Shown: positions 46,059-59,851, counted from the stretch's first letter. The stretch: DNA of 64,000 nt from Cystobasidiomycetes sp. EMM_F5 (GCA_051047955.1 JBPGPT010000012.1:310001-374000); one strand, 5' to 3'. Translations and numbers: made by a program. Notes: generated from the sequence alone by a model not told the origin.

Positions 46059-47552
46059 CTACGCCGCTTTCGCCTCTTTGGCTTTAGCTGGGAAACCCTT
46101 GATGCCGTCCATTCCTTTCAGTTTCTTACTAGTCGACGAGACTTTCTTGCGGTCCGAAGACTCTCCAGAGAGTGTCGCGTTCTTGTTACCTTTGCTGGCT
46201 TTCTGCTTGACGCGCTTCGGCGAGCTCTGGACTTCTGGCTGCACGGAGCTTTCGTCAATTTCGTCTACTGGCTCTTCAGCATCACTGGCTTGATCCTCGT
46301 CTGGATCCTTATCGGCTCCTGCACCGTCTTCCTCAACATCTACCGCTGCAGAAGACGGGCCGGCCTCGATCAGTTTCGCCTCATCTTTCTGAGCAAGTTT
46401 CCGAGCCTTCTTCTCCTTGATGCGCTTCTCCTTGTCCTCCTTCGCCTTCTTTGCCGCTTGTATCTCTGCCTCGTTCATATCTGGGATATAGAATCTGCCC
46501 TTGGCATCACCTTCGCCTTCCTCGGCTAATGAACAAGTCCATATCGGTAGACTAGCTGAAGTCGTCGTCTTTATGTTGAGAGACTGAACATTATCCCAGC
46601 CGCCCATAGGTACGCGAACGGCCAGATGGGGTATGACTGCCAGCAGATTCTCATACAGCTGGTCGAGCGAATGGTTTGCTAACGAGCCGAGCTTGATAGC
46701 AAGGGATGTACCGCGATTGACACGCAGGTAGGTGGAAGATATGGCACGCTCAAGCTCGCCTTTAAGGTCTACACGCTTGAGTGTAACGGGAATGGGAGAT
46801 CTGTGAGCAATGATTAGGCTCTCGTCTTCCAGGAGCTGTGCAAATTATCATACTTTTTGGTCTGTAGCCAGCTTTTGCCTAGTACGCGGGGCATCTCCGG
46901 CAGGATTCGGTCATCCACGAGGAACAAGTCGTGCTCTTTCATAAGTTGCCGCCTCGCCTCGAATGGCTTGAACTGAACAGGGTACAAGCAGTCAGTAAGA
47001 CAAATCCCAGCTAAATTTTGGCTGCGTATTCTCTCACTTTTCCTTGTAATTTCTCCAAGCCGATAACCCGACTAATGAACTTTACGTTCTTTCCCTCGAG
47101 CAAGTCCTTGTATTCTCTTTGTGGATCTTTTACCAACAGACATACGGGGTTTTTGCGTGGGTCCATCAGAGGGTTTGGGAGAGCAATGCGGATAGATTTG
47201 TTGGAATCTTTCGGCGACCTTCGCATTCGAGGGCACGGCGCAAGTCAGCCACTGCCGCCGCACAGACGCAGCAAGTGTATACGTATACACACATTCGCTT
47301 GACAGTTACTGCGAGCCATAGCATCTCATCGTCATCGCTAGCCAGCAAGTCAGATTTTTGGTTGCCCGCGACCTTTTGTTTCGCGTGCGCAACGAGGGCG
47401 TGGACTGCCTTTCGACATTGCGCCGCATCAACAGGTAACGTCTCGAATTTGGGCGGTTCTGGCGCCGGAAGGGCCTTTACTGATTTTGGCTTGATGAACA
47501 ATTTCGTAGTGATGCGCGAAGCCTTTGAGGCGCCCTTCTTTGCACGGGTCAT
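46059..47552 (-). CDS. Ribosomal L1 domain-containing nucleolar protein (RSL1D1/Cic1/Utp30-like)
   Basis: AVHALVAH, PIRIALPNPL, VCLLVKDPQREYKDLL, GGWDNVQSLNIKTTTSASLPIW, Lys/Glu-rich tail. Confidence 0.88.
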
Positions 47553-47896
47553 GGTTGGAACGCAGAGCGGACAGCCCTGGCAGGAGTTTGCAGGCTGGCC
47601 CAGATATGCAGCGAGTTTGTCAGAGTCAGCTTGTTACAGCGTGACTACCAAATTTTGCTCGACCAGAGAGGCTCAAATTTGCAGCTGCAGGTGGCGGCGT
47701 CAGGGTCTGCTGGACGTCGAAGCGCAGCCTGGATGTGAGACTGGCAGGACAAGCGTCGAGCAAGCCGTGCCTGCAGCCTGTTTACAGGACAACGCGCTCA
47801 AGCCCTAGTCGCAATCTGCAACGGGTATGTCGAGTTACCGGTCTGTATCTATTGTCAAGCTAAACATTGTCCAAAGGATTTCGAGAACGACAGGTC

Positions 47897-48806
47897 ATGT
47901 CCACTATGCAGGGCACCGAGCCTCGCAAGTCTAGCAAACACAATAGACCGTCAAATACAAGCGGCGAAACGAATAAGGACGGAAAACGGAAACATCGTCA
48001 CGGCTTCAGAGTTGGACCCAAGCCGGCTCCGGGAGTCTACACTGGCAAAGGTAGAGCATGGAATCTGTTATCTCTGCTGAATATGACTGATTGCATTGAC
48101 TTTGGTCTCGATAGCCGACAAGATCAAAGCGGCCTTGATTCGCAACGCAAAGATCAAACAACAATATGCTAAAGTGTTGAAGAAGGAAGGCAGAGCGTTC
48201 CCGACACGTTCTCGCGATGACCATGCTGAAGACGAGGATATGAGTAATCCGGACAGTGGTGACCACGACCAAGAAGATTCGACAATGACCATCGCTTCGC
48301 CCTTTCAGTCCCGTACCGACTCTGCTCAGCGCAAAGGCAAAGGCAAAGGTCGAGCGAGAGATGCCATGCCTGTAGATCTCGTCAACACAAAGTCTGTACT
48401 TCGCAAACGCAAGTCTGGGGAACTGGAGAATGTTGAGAATACAATCGATGACGCTGAGGCAGAGTCAGACGATATGGACATCAACGACCGGCCAGCACCA
48501 GGCCCGGATCGACCGCCGATGGTAATGCAAGTCTATCCTTCCAGGCGAACGTCTGCAGCCGGCTCAGCGCTCCCTCCGCTTAAAAAGCAACGCATGACCC
48601 CCGCAGAGCTTGAGCAGAAGAGGCAAGAACGCGAAAATGAGCGCACTCAGTGGGCCAAAAAGTCTCGTAAGGGTCAGCCAAACATGGTAAGAAGCCTATT
48701 CTCGCCTGAGCAAGTAATAGTATGCTTATTCTAAGACATGACACAGGGTAGCCGAGTTAATGTACTACTCGGCAAGATACAACGCGGTCTGGGTCGACCG
48801 CAATAG
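47897..48806 (+). CDS. Fyv7-like rRNA-processing protein
   Basis: GFRVGP...YTGK|ADKIKAALIRNAKIKQQYAK and C-terminal KKSRKGQPNM|GSRVNVLLGKIQ, which resembles the Fyv7 GQP.M motif. Confidence 0.7.
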
Positions 48807-49044
48807 TTGAGTAGCACTAGAACTTTGACAGTCTGTCGTTGTACACCATTATATGCAACGCTGTCGCTGATAGCGCAGCATGCATGACCGCTATCAGAAT
48901 ATGAAGCATGTCACAACCTATGATCAGGTCACCTTCCATGCTGGCTACAGATTCTGCTATTCATTGACAACAACGGCGTCGCCTTTTACTGTATGCTCTT
49001 ATTGCCAGACGAAGATACTGAGACAGTGGCGCAAATGAATGCCA

Positions 49045-50632
49045 TCACGCGCCTGGCAGGATGGCGGTATCGACGAATTCTTGCATATCAAATGGGACGA
49101 TAGGCTGAATGATACCTCTCGCACAATCAGACGACAAATACTGACGGTACGATCAAAATACGACACACCTTGGGCGGCTTGTTCTTGCTTGCCCCTCGTT
49201 CCTGCGGGTACGTGGCCTTCAAGTCGTGAAGGGACCGCCACACAGTATCATTTTGCCGGAGAACCTGCTCCAGCTTCGATCTAGTTGATGATTTGCCGAG
49301 GCTCACTGGATAGGGATAAAGTTGATGCATGGCCCTAGATGAATATCTGAGACACAACTCACACAGTATCGCACCGCTGACAGCTTCCGCGAGAGCTAGT
49401 CTACGATTTTCGTCTAGATAGTAGCTAACGGGTGATAGACGTGGATCGTGATATGGGAGCAGACCAGAGACCGATTCAAGCTCGGCACGATGCGTCTGTC
49501 GCAGGACCGGATCAGCCAGCCTATCCGCCTGGGCATACAGACTTTGCGCATGAGCCAGGGCACCAGACAAAGCTGATGTCGTGCCGTTGACCGAGGCTGA
49601 CGATGAAAAGGACATTGCAGAGCTTGCTGTACTTCCGATTGAAGCGGTCGACCCCTCCATAGATCCATGTGCAGATCCTGGAGATTGTGCTGCCGAAAAG
49701 GGCGTACTTGGTCGCGACGGATGTAGACCAGACGATGTTGATTGTACACTGCTGCCGTTTACGCTGCAAGCTGCTTGGCGGACTACTTCGATAAAGAGCT
49801 GTATTTGTAAAGATAATGCTAGTCGAAGCGGATTGGTAGAGAATATAGGAGGTGTGGGTGTGCGTGACTTGTGAGAATTGGCGGAATGCGATTTGACCTG
49901 CGGGACGTATGCGTGGCGAGGTGTACTGGAATTGCTGTATGCGGCGGATGCAGAAGCCTGCTGGGTTTGGGTTTTGTTATGGCTAGAAGGCGCAGAATAG
50001 TCTGCAGACGAAGCTAGAACGGACGGAAAATGCAGGTTGCACATGTCGACTGCTGATTGAATGGAGCCTTGCTCTACTAGGTGGCGGATATCTGCCATGC
50101 AAAGAATCAGAAGGTAGTCTGGGGGTAGTTACGCGCACATCGACTCGCCCTTCCGTATCCGCATAGATCTCACCTCCTCACGCGTGAGAAGCGGGGAAGT
50201 ATAGCTGGCATCATCGTCAGTCTCGGAAGGCCCAGACTGGACGTGTTCCCCTCCATCGAGCTGCAATTGCGGGTAGCCGTTACTTGGAGAGTGGTCGACA
50301 GTTCGCTCTGCCGTGTCCATGGCACTATCGGCGCTGAGCTTGCTTGACGCGACGGCACTGCGATAGCCATTTGCCAATGTGGACCCAGAGCCAGACGCAA
50401 CAGGCGCATCGCTGGACGGATAGCCGTTCCCAGACGTGTGCCACTGCCGCACAAAGGCTGCAGCCGTGTCGACGCACGTAGACGTTGTCAGGTAGTCCAG
50501 GATGACGTGCCGGAGGTCTTCGCCGTTCAGCCGTAACGGGGGAGCATTGGCGATGCTGGGCAGCCGCGACTGCGGGACTGCCAGCTGGCCAGCATCATCT
50601 GTGACTGTAGTCTCTGGGTCCTGCATGCTCAT
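49045..50632 (-). CDS. LisH-CTLH-CRA domain protein (GID/CTLH E3 ligase subunit-like)
   Basis: LisH-like LRHVILDYLTTSTCVDTAAAF, CTLH IRHLVEQGSIQSAVDMCNLHFPSVL, CRA ELESVSGLLPY...SPVSYYLDENRRLALAEAV. Confidence 0.8.
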
Positions 50633-50750
50633 CTGGCAGACAGTTTTGTTGGAAATTGCACAAAGGTCGTCGAAGCATCCGGCAATCCATCTTGCAACTT
50701 TGGATCCTGACGACTGGCGACATTGCACATCTCAGCCGGACAAGAGCACC

Positions 50751-52521
50751 ATGGCTACCTCGCTCATCGAGACTCAGCGGGATTCCCACCATGCCCTTGA
50801 AACGTACGAAGCGGCATTGACGCAGCTGCTCATTGTGCCCGATGACAGCTACAAGCTGCACCGCGAACGGCTGGGAGCAAAACACCGTGCTTCATACCTG
50901 GTGGACCGTATAGCTGAGAGGGCAAACGAGCTGCGAGACGCATATGCCGACAATTCTGGCCTGCGCAAGCAAGAGCTAGACTCTATAGCCAGCGGAGGAA
51001 TGGCAGTATTTTACGACCGTCTGGCAAAGCTCAAGGAGTACCACCGCAAGTTTCCAGAGAATGCAGCTAGAGGAGAACACGATGACGAGCGAGTCGACTT
51101 TACATCGCTGACCGGAGTGAGCGGTGCAGATGGGAGGGACTTTTTGGATCGCATGTTTTCGGGCGAGGAGAGCTTGGGAAGATACCTCGACTTGGTTGGC
51201 CTGCATGAGCGGCACTCGAATCTGGGGCACGGCATAAAGCGCGTCAACTACATCACCTACCTCGACGAATTCGACTCCTTCGACAAGATTCCTCGGCAAG
51301 CGAAGAATGATAACTACGCAAAGTGGGTTACTTGCTGTATCACGTAACACGAACAAGATCTGACATCTTGATCGTATTGTAGATACATACAAGCAATCCT
51401 CGACTACTTGAAGTCCTTCTACCGCCGGTCTGGACCGCTGAAAGATTTGGACGCAGAGCTACATGTCGCCATCGATGATTTTAATCGTCAGTGGGAGAGG
51501 GGAACTATTTCTGGGTGGTCTGCAGCGGAGACGAAAGGGAGTTCTACGGCTAGCAGTAGCGAAGGCGTGTGGTGCGATGCCTGTAGGTGATGGTCCTGTC
51601 AGGTTATGATGTTGAAGAATTGACTGACATGATGATCCCAGGCCAACGTATGTTTGCCAAGCAGACTGTCTACGATGGCCATCTCAATTCAAAGAAGCAC
51701 GTTAAAGCAGCTGCGGCTGCTGCCAATAACGAAGCAAACGGCGTCAATGGCAAAGCACACGCAAATGGGTCTTCCTCGACTGGCGATCTCCAGCAGAAGG
51801 AGAAGGACCGCGCTATGGCACTGGTAGAGCACCAGATACGCCATCTCGTTTCCGACTACGACTCTCCGCTGCTTGTGATTCGAAACGATACAAAGGCAAA
51901 TGTCGAGCGGAAACAGGCTCTGACGGATAGGGAGAGGCAGATTGAGAATGAAGAGCTCGAGGAGAGGGAGAGGAGAGAAGCGGAAGAAGCCGCTGCCAAA
52001 GCGGAACGCGCGGCCAAGAAGGGCATCAATGGTGTAGCCGGAGTGGACGAGGATGGCAACGACGATGACGACGAAGAGCGAATCTACAACCCACTCAAAT
52101 TACCTCTCGGCTGGGATGGTAAACCTATTCCTTTCTGGCTATACAAGCTGCATGGTCTCGGCGTCGACTACCCGTGCGAAATCTGCTCAGACTACCTGTA
52201 CAGGGGACGAAAGAACTTTGAACGGCACTTTCAAGAGGCCAGACATGCGTTTGGGATGCGTGCCCTTGGACTGCCAAATACGAAACACTTTCACGAGATT
52301 ACCAAGATTGCAGATGCCATTGCTCGTGAGTTTTGAAAAGGTTACTTCAAGGATGGTGACTGTCTTGCTAATCATGTGATGCTGCAGTCGCTGAAAAGCT
52401 CAAGAATGAAGGTCGGCAAGAGGCAGTCGCGATGGAGACGATGGAGGAGATTGAGGACGAGGAGGGCAATGTGTATAATCGCAAGACGTATGAGGATCTC
52501 AAGAGGCAGGGTCTGATATGA
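50751..52521 (+). CDS. PRP9: Splicing factor 3a subunit 3 (SF3a60)
   Basis: [81 protein letters not shown]. Confidence 0.96.
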
Positions 52522-52868
52522 TTTCCGACCAAAAGCAGCTAAAGAGGTAACTCATTGGACAGTTGTTGTAAACATATCAGTAACACGACAGCTTCGTAGT
52601 AGACCAATTGCTCTGACATAATATGAACTAGTTAGCCCGATCGTTGTTCCTTAGTCCGGCAACTACTGTCAGAGCAGCCTGCTTGCAAACACTGCAATCC
52701 GCAATCTGTGCAGTCTACACTCTCTCCCATTGCCAGCGTGAGGCCTCTGCACAGCTGGCAGCACATTGCAGCTGCCATTACTCTGGCTTTCGAGTGTGCA
52801 CTTCCTGTCCGGCAAGACTAAGATAGCACGCTTACCAGCTCCGAAGACGGTGTATACTTCTGCAAACC

Positions 52869-55800
52869 ATGAGCAACCCCATCAAGAATGTGCTCCACAA
52901 GCTGGTGCACCACGATGACGGCAAGGACAGGCAGCACCACAAACACGACGCTCCGGCCTCGTTGACGGGTGGCACAGCGAGCACTCCCGGCACTCCGGGT
53001 ATGACGACTCCAGCCAGCGCGGTCAGCAGCCTGCACATCAGCAACGATGTCAACAGTCCACCCGGGAGTGGTGCCAACACTCCCCGACACGTAGGGACTC
53101 CGGTCATCTCGAGCGATAAGGCTCACAAGACGGCGTCGCACGGACACGAGAAGCACCCGCCGAGTAGCCTTACCAGCTCAGATATCCGGCGGACAGGCTC
53201 CAACTCGTCGGATATCCACTCGCACTTTTTGGCCATCAAGGAGCAACTGTCGGGGAAGAAGCACAAGCAGCACGACGACGAACACACGCACGGCTCCCAC
53301 TCCCCTCTTCATGCTACCGCGGACGGTGCTCGACCAGGCCTGACGCACCGCAAGACAGACGAGGATGTACGAGCGCTCAAGGTGGACCGTCAGGTCGAAA
53401 TAAAGAAGGATCTCATTGGTGAGTGCAATGGGTCTCGCTCGCTTTGCAATTAGCATCACTGATGGCACTCACGCCTGCTTGTAAAACACAGCCAGAGAAC
53501 TTGCTGCCAAAGAAGCGTACGAAAAGGATGCTCTGAATACGAATTATGGCTTTTTGAACATTGATGCCAAACCAAATGTCAACGTTGAGACTACCGGAAA
53601 GTCAGTGGCTGCCCTTTACACCTCCCGGCATCATCACTTATATGCCACTCCAGGAAAGACACGCTGCTCGAGATTAGCAAGATGCAAGAAGGTCAACAAG
53701 TCTTCTTTCGTGCCCGCGTTCAGAGCGTCAGACAGCAGAGTATGTCAAATGCATACAGCTATTCCAAATTTGCGCTCGTCGAGCTGACATTACTGCTTGT
53801 ACTGTCAGGTTCCAAGCTTGCTTTCCTCATCTTCCGGCAACGGTATGACGAAATCCAAGGTGTACTAGTCATTGAACAAGGCCAAGTCTCGGAGAATATG
53901 GTACGCTTTGCGGAGCGACTTCCGTCCGAAACAATCGTTCTCGTGCGCGGCGTCGTCCAGAACCCGCAGAGCGTCGGCCAGTCCGATGTCCACTATACAT
54001 CTATACATAATGTCGAGATCAAGGTCAAGACCCTACACGTAGTTTCGCAAGTGACAGTTGCACCGCCATTCAACATTCACGATGCTTCGAGGCCAGATGC
54101 TGACTTCCACGAGGAGGACCATGTACATGGTAGTCAAGTATCGTCTCGCATGCACTTCGACAATCGCGTTGCGTCACTTCGCGTAAGCTCGTCCGGTGCT
54201 ATTGAGGATATAGCGTATCTGACACGGAATCCACAGACGCCCGTCAATCAAGCTATTTTCCAACTGCGTGCGGCCATGCTCGGCTACTTCCGCTCATACC
54301 TGACCGAACGAGGTTTCACCGAAATGCAGTCGTCAAAGATGCAGCAGGGAGCACCGGAATCGGGCGCGTCGGTCTTCAAAGTCGATTATTTCAAGCGAAC
54401 CGTATCTTTGGCACAATCGCCGCAACTTGCGAAACAGATGGCCATTGCAGCCGATATGCGACGAGTATTCGAGATTGGCCCAGTGTTCCGTGCTGAAAAT
54501 TCACAGACAATGCGGCAGTATGTCTTTCTGCTCTTCGACTGGTGTCTGAAAGCTGATCCAACTTACAAACAGCTTAACGGAATTCATTGGCGGTAAAGAG
54601 AGAAAATCATGAATGTCTTGCTAATCAGCTAATGTCCCTCCAATTGTAGCCGATCTCGAGATGGAGATTGATGTGGATTACCATGAAGGTAGTTCAGGTT
54701 CGACCAGATGTATCGGCATCCTCCTGACTGAAATGCCTATCATTGCAGTCATTGACATGCTGGATGGTGTTTTTAAGCACATGTTCAGAAGTTTATTAAC
54801 GGAGCAACACGCTCTTCTCGATGTCGTCAAGCGCAAGTTCCCTCACGAAGACGTGGTCATCCCGGATAAAACACTCCGCCTGACTTTCAAGGAAGCTGTA
54901 AAGCTCATCAACGATTCAGGCTGGAGGGAAGACGGTGAATTGGTCAGCGAATACGAAGACTTCAGCACACCTACGGAAAAGCATCTCGGTAAAGTCGTTA
55001 AGGAGAAGTACAATACCGACTATTATATCGTCGACAAATTCCCTGCCTCGGCTCGTCCGTTTTATACAATGCCGGATCCAGACGATCCACGAATCTCCAA
55101 CTCCGCAGATTTCTTTTTGCGCGGTCAAGAGATTCTGTCCGGTGGCCAGCGTGTGCACCATGCTCCGCTCCTGGAAGAGCGTATGCGCGCCGCCAAGGTT
55201 GATCCGAAGGACATGGTAGACTACCTCAATGGCTTTCGATGGGGATGCCCGCCTCACGGAGGAGGCGGTATCGGTGTAGACAGAGTACTCTTCCTGTTCC
55301 TCGAGCTGGGCAATATCCGCTGGGCGTCATTGCTTCCAAGAGATCCAAAGTCATTCCCAGATGACAAGACCCTTCACGGGGGCAAATCCATCCGAGGGCC
55401 AGAAGTCAACTTGCTCGATTACGATACGGCTCTACGTCGAGGCGAACATGTCCCACCGCCGAGCGTGGAAGATCTTATTGCTTCGTACGGTGAGTAGTCC
55501 AGTACAGTATACGATGGTACTGTTTCTTGTGCTCACTCTGCTTGCCATATTGTAGGAGATGCTGCGAATACTGTATTATTGGACGCTGCTTGGGAAGTAT
55601 GGAGAGACGACCAGTCTGGTGCAGTCTGCGGATTCAAGGAGACTGAGGGGCATGCATTGTGCTGGGGCAGGCCACTGTGCCCAGACTCTATGCTCAAGCC
55701 AGTTATGCGACGATACATCGACTACCTCAAGAAGCAGCGAAAACTCAAGCCTATCTGGGCATGCGTTGACGAGGTTACTGAGCAAATACTTGCAAAGGAC

Positions 55801-56664
55801 TTTGATTGGCGCTCGCTTGCCGTGGCCGCTGAAGAGCGGTTCGACCCTACCGCACACAATCCCAATAGCAACGCGACTAGGTCTAATCTTGCGAAGAAAA
55901 TAGCCCAGGCTAAGAACGGCGGGTGCAAAGCTGTCATCTGCGATGGCCTGCCAGATGAGAAGGTCCGTGCTCAGATCAATGAGCGGATGGAAGACTGGAA
56001 GGGTACCCGTGAGGGCAAGCAGATGCACACCACATCGCTGACTCCTTGGGATGACGACAAACATCGTCGGTTCTTCTACGCGACGGAGAAAAGCGGCCGC
56101 GTACGTTCTTTGACTTGCCTGTACCTGTTCTCATTGATGACACAATCTTTTGCAGATTTGCGCCTTGGTCGTACTCGCTCAACTGGCACCCGTGCACGGT
56201 TGGCAAATCAAGTATTCTCTATCGTTCCCGGATGGTCCGAGTGGCGCAATCGAGTTACTCTTGTCGACAGCCATTACGCAGCTTGGAGAAGTCGGTTGCC
56301 ATTCTGCCACTTTCGGGACATCTGCCGCTACACACCTCGGCGAAGGCTCGCACCAGAGTGCATTCAAGATGAAGACACTTTCTAAAGCATATGACGCCAT
56401 AACCAGCACTTTCAAACTGTTGACCAAACCAGAATTCCGGTACGCTACAAAAGGACTTCTACCAACTGATACCGCTAACCTACCATCGATCTGTTTTCTG
56501 CGTGCAGTGCTAAATTCGGCACTACCCAGGATTACGTAAGTGCGGCGCGAACGTAAGCTATGCGTACAGAGTTGACGTTCTGCCTACAGGTTTACTTGGC
56601 TTACCCTCGTCATGGCCTTGGAGTTGGAGGCATCAACGCTATTGTCAAGGGCTTGTCTGATTAG
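52869..56664 (+). CDS. erdS: Aspartyl-tRNA synthetase fused to a DUF2156 (GNAT-like aminoacyl transferase): ergosteryl-3beta-O-L-aspartate synthase
   Basis: AspRS motifs LAQSPQLAKQM, FEIGPVFRAENS, GQEILSGGQR, PPHGGGGIGVDR, LLPRDPKSFP. The frame continues past the normal AspRS end into DLIASYG|DAANT, QIKYSLSFPDGPSGAIE, SATFG and YPRHGLG. Confidence 0.9.
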
Positions 56665-56757
56665 ATGTCAGAGGCGTGCATTAGTCTGGCAGGCGTATAT
56701 GTCTTGAATAAGTTGTGATGCTATCATAAGATGAAATTATGGCAATGAATGCTGATC

Positions 56758-58200
56758 TCATAAATTCTGTCTGAAATGATTCTCGAGCAAGGTATAGGAT
56801 GTCTGTCTTGCCCGCTCATTTATGGCGCTACGTGTAGCATCGGATGTTCTTGCCAAGTCCTGCCGCACAAAGCGAGTCAGCTAATACTTTTTGCACGGCT
56901 CCTGATCTTACAAAGGCATGCGCAACTCCCGCCAAGTCTTCAATGGCTGTTGTTACTCCAAGACTTGTGAGTCTGACTGCAAAGGCCTTACATTCCTATT
57001 ACAGCTAGTATCAGCTGCGTACAACCTACGGAAATTGCAATGGGAACGCACTTGACGGAAATGATCGTGCTGCGCAGTCACAAGCTGGAGCGGCGGGAGC
57101 TGAGCAAGCTGAGCATCCGAAGCCCGATTGGGCGAGATGTACGGACTGCTTCGAGCTTCATCGGTCGAGAGCGGTCCGGGTAAGTAACATCGGAGAAATG
57201 TTCTGCTCATCCAGGGAGGAGGCATGATTTCCGCTGAGTTGGTAACAGCTAATTTGTCCTCGTACGATTGAGCAAGATCGAGGCCGGGGTATTGTAGACC
57301 TATGGCAGTGATTCGCAAAGGCCATGGTATTGGTACTTCCTGCACAAGCAATGCCAACGCTCTACGACATATACGTAAGCTTAAGATGGAGCAGTTCTGC
57401 AGTAATGAGCGTACATGGCGATGTTTCCACCGGCGCTACCGCCAGACAGACCGATGCGTGATGTATCGAAAGCAATGAATGGTTCCGTAGGCCGTGACAT
57501 TCGTATAGAATTTTGGAGACTTTCGCCATGTCCAGCTGGAGTCGCGATCCACGCCAGAAGGGAATGAGACTGCCGTAGCGCATATGGGAAGTACTTCTCG
57601 GGAGCTTTCGCATAATCTGGCCCTACTACTATGCCTGAAGTGGAGAAACGCCTTCAATCAGTATGAACCGTCAGGAGGCACCTTCACATACATCCCAAGT
57701 TGTCTGCGTATTGTCGACACAGCGCATTTTCAAGTTCGGGAAAGCATCTATGGTGGGGAATTTCATTCTTTGCAATGATGACCGTACGCGGGGTAGGGCC
57801 GTATTCCTCACATTGACCAACCTCCGCCGTGACTGCATCTTGCACTGTCAGCATATTTCATACCGAGCTCACAACAGCATGCACCCACAAATGAACGATA
57901 ACTTTGGTCTCTGCTGTTATCGTCTTCGGAAGGTATATGCACACACGGCAATCTGGAGTGTCGGAGCCAAGCTTGGCCGTACATTCGAAGTCGTGCGAAC
58001 GGTTGGCAACGTTGGTCGCTCCAGCGAAGAAAGCTGCAGTTCCTAGGCCAGCGCGTATCCCCCGAATCGCTGCAAGGATGTTAAGCATCTTCAGGCCATT
58101 TGCTGTGCAGCGGACGGACTTTCTCACCGAGAGAGTCTTGCCAGCTACACGCTAGACCCTTCTGTATGGGTACAACATCATCAAGTGTGCGAAGTGCCAT
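56758..58200 (-). CDS. HSL-family alpha/beta hydrolase (candidate ErdH, ergosteryl-aspartate hydrolase)
   Basis: Spliced VIVHF|HGGGW, DYAKAPEKYFPYAL, GGSAGGNIA nucleophile elbow, PYISP, TAQHDH, AHAF|D catalytic His. Confidence 0.85.
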
Positions 58201-58255
58201 CGAGTGCGCGATTGTCAAAGCCTCGCCAGACACTCAGACAATAGCAACGCGAAAT

Positions 58256-59851
58256 CTACAATTTACAAGCACAGTCTCGCTTGCTGCGGACGAGCACTGA
58301 CTTCTGAATGTCCGTGACACTAGTCAGACCAGCCAAGGCCATATTGACTTCCATTTCCGCCAGGATGCTTCTGAGAACCTGTTCGACTCCCTCCTGACCT
58401 CCTAGAGCCAAGCCCCACATGTAAGGCCGGCCGAGAAACACGGCGTGCGCACCGACTACCCCATACAATCTCAGCCATGGTGCGCATCACTGACCCGATG
58501 GAAAGGTACTTACGTGCCAATGCCTTGATAACGTCTGCGCCAGTGCGAATTCCAGAATCGAATATGATGGTCATTTGCGAACTCTTCACTTTTGCGGATG
58601 CCGATATGTTCTCCAATGCCCGCAACGAGCCAATTGCGCCGTCGACCTGCCGACCACCGTGATTGCTGACGACGATGCCATCCACGCCAATGTCTACCGC
58701 CTTCTCCGCGTCTGCAACTGACTGGATCCCTTTGAGTACAAGTGGCCCGTCCCACATACTTCTCAGCGACTCCACATCTTTCCATTGAAAAAAATGTCCG
58801 GAATTAGTCTCAGCCAACGCGGCCATACTCGTTTGCTGGATGACATCGCGTTCGTCTTCATCTCGCCATCCGACCTCCACACCGGGAGGTAATTCGCCCG
58901 GTCCATTCCACTTTGTGCTGGTGTGATCGTGACCTTCACGAGCCATGAAGACGGGATCGGTGAACAGATTTTGCAGCCCTTCTCCCTGAAAGAAGGGCAA
59001 ATATGCTTCCTCGAGATCTCTAGGTCGGAAACCGATCGAGAAGGTATCGCAGGTCACCACAAGAGCGGTATATCCTGCGGCTTTCGCTCGAGAGAGCAGA
59101 GACTGCGTTACTTCCTTTGTTATCGGCCTATTGAATGATGAGCACAATACATCAGGCCGGTCATACGTATATCGCACTGACCAGTAAAGCTGCATCCAAC
59201 GGAGTCCGTCGCTGTTAGCTTCTGCTACTTTCTCCAATGATCTTGAAGCGAATGTGCTTAAACACATTCCCAGTCCCACGTCCGCTGCAGCTTTCGCGGT
59301 CGCTATCTCGGCATCTCGGTGCATTATGCTTTGAACACCCTGTCTAGTACGTCAGTGGGCGTCTATCGCGTCTTCAGGACGTGCACGAACAACAGGCGCC
59401 AAAATGATGGGTGCACTGTGGCGTTGACCAAAGAGGTCCACTTGTAGACAGCGTTTGTTGGCGTCTCGAAGCATGCTTGGGACGATACTCCAGTCGTCAA
59501 AAGCATCACGATTTGCTCTTGCTGTCTTTTCAGCGCCGGCAGAGCTGTGCAAGCGGTTCGTAAATTATACATGTACAGTGCTTTGCGGAGTAGCATCGGC
59601 ATATATACCCGGCCACGTAGTTGAAGTTTGGTTTGGGTAGCTTGCGGCGTGCGGCGCGTTCAAGCTTGATGTGATCTAGCGGTATGGGTGTAGGTTTCAT
59701 TGTCGCATAGATCTGTTTGCGGATTGCATGAGCTCCACGGCGAAGTTCGGCTGGAGGGCTTCACCTCTCTTTGATAGCCGTTGAAACGATTGTACTCGAC
59801 ATCCTCCGGCTCTTCAGCCTGCATCTGTTTCTGCTTGCGAACATTCAACAT
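58256..59851 (-). CDS. FMN-dependent alpha-hydroxy acid oxidase / lactate 2-monooxygenase-like
   Basis: ANRDAFDDWSIVPSMLR, APIILAPV, WMQLYW, VLKGIQ, VSNHGGRQVDG, DSGIRTGADVIKALA, GRPYMWGLA; ends CKL*. Confidence 0.93.
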
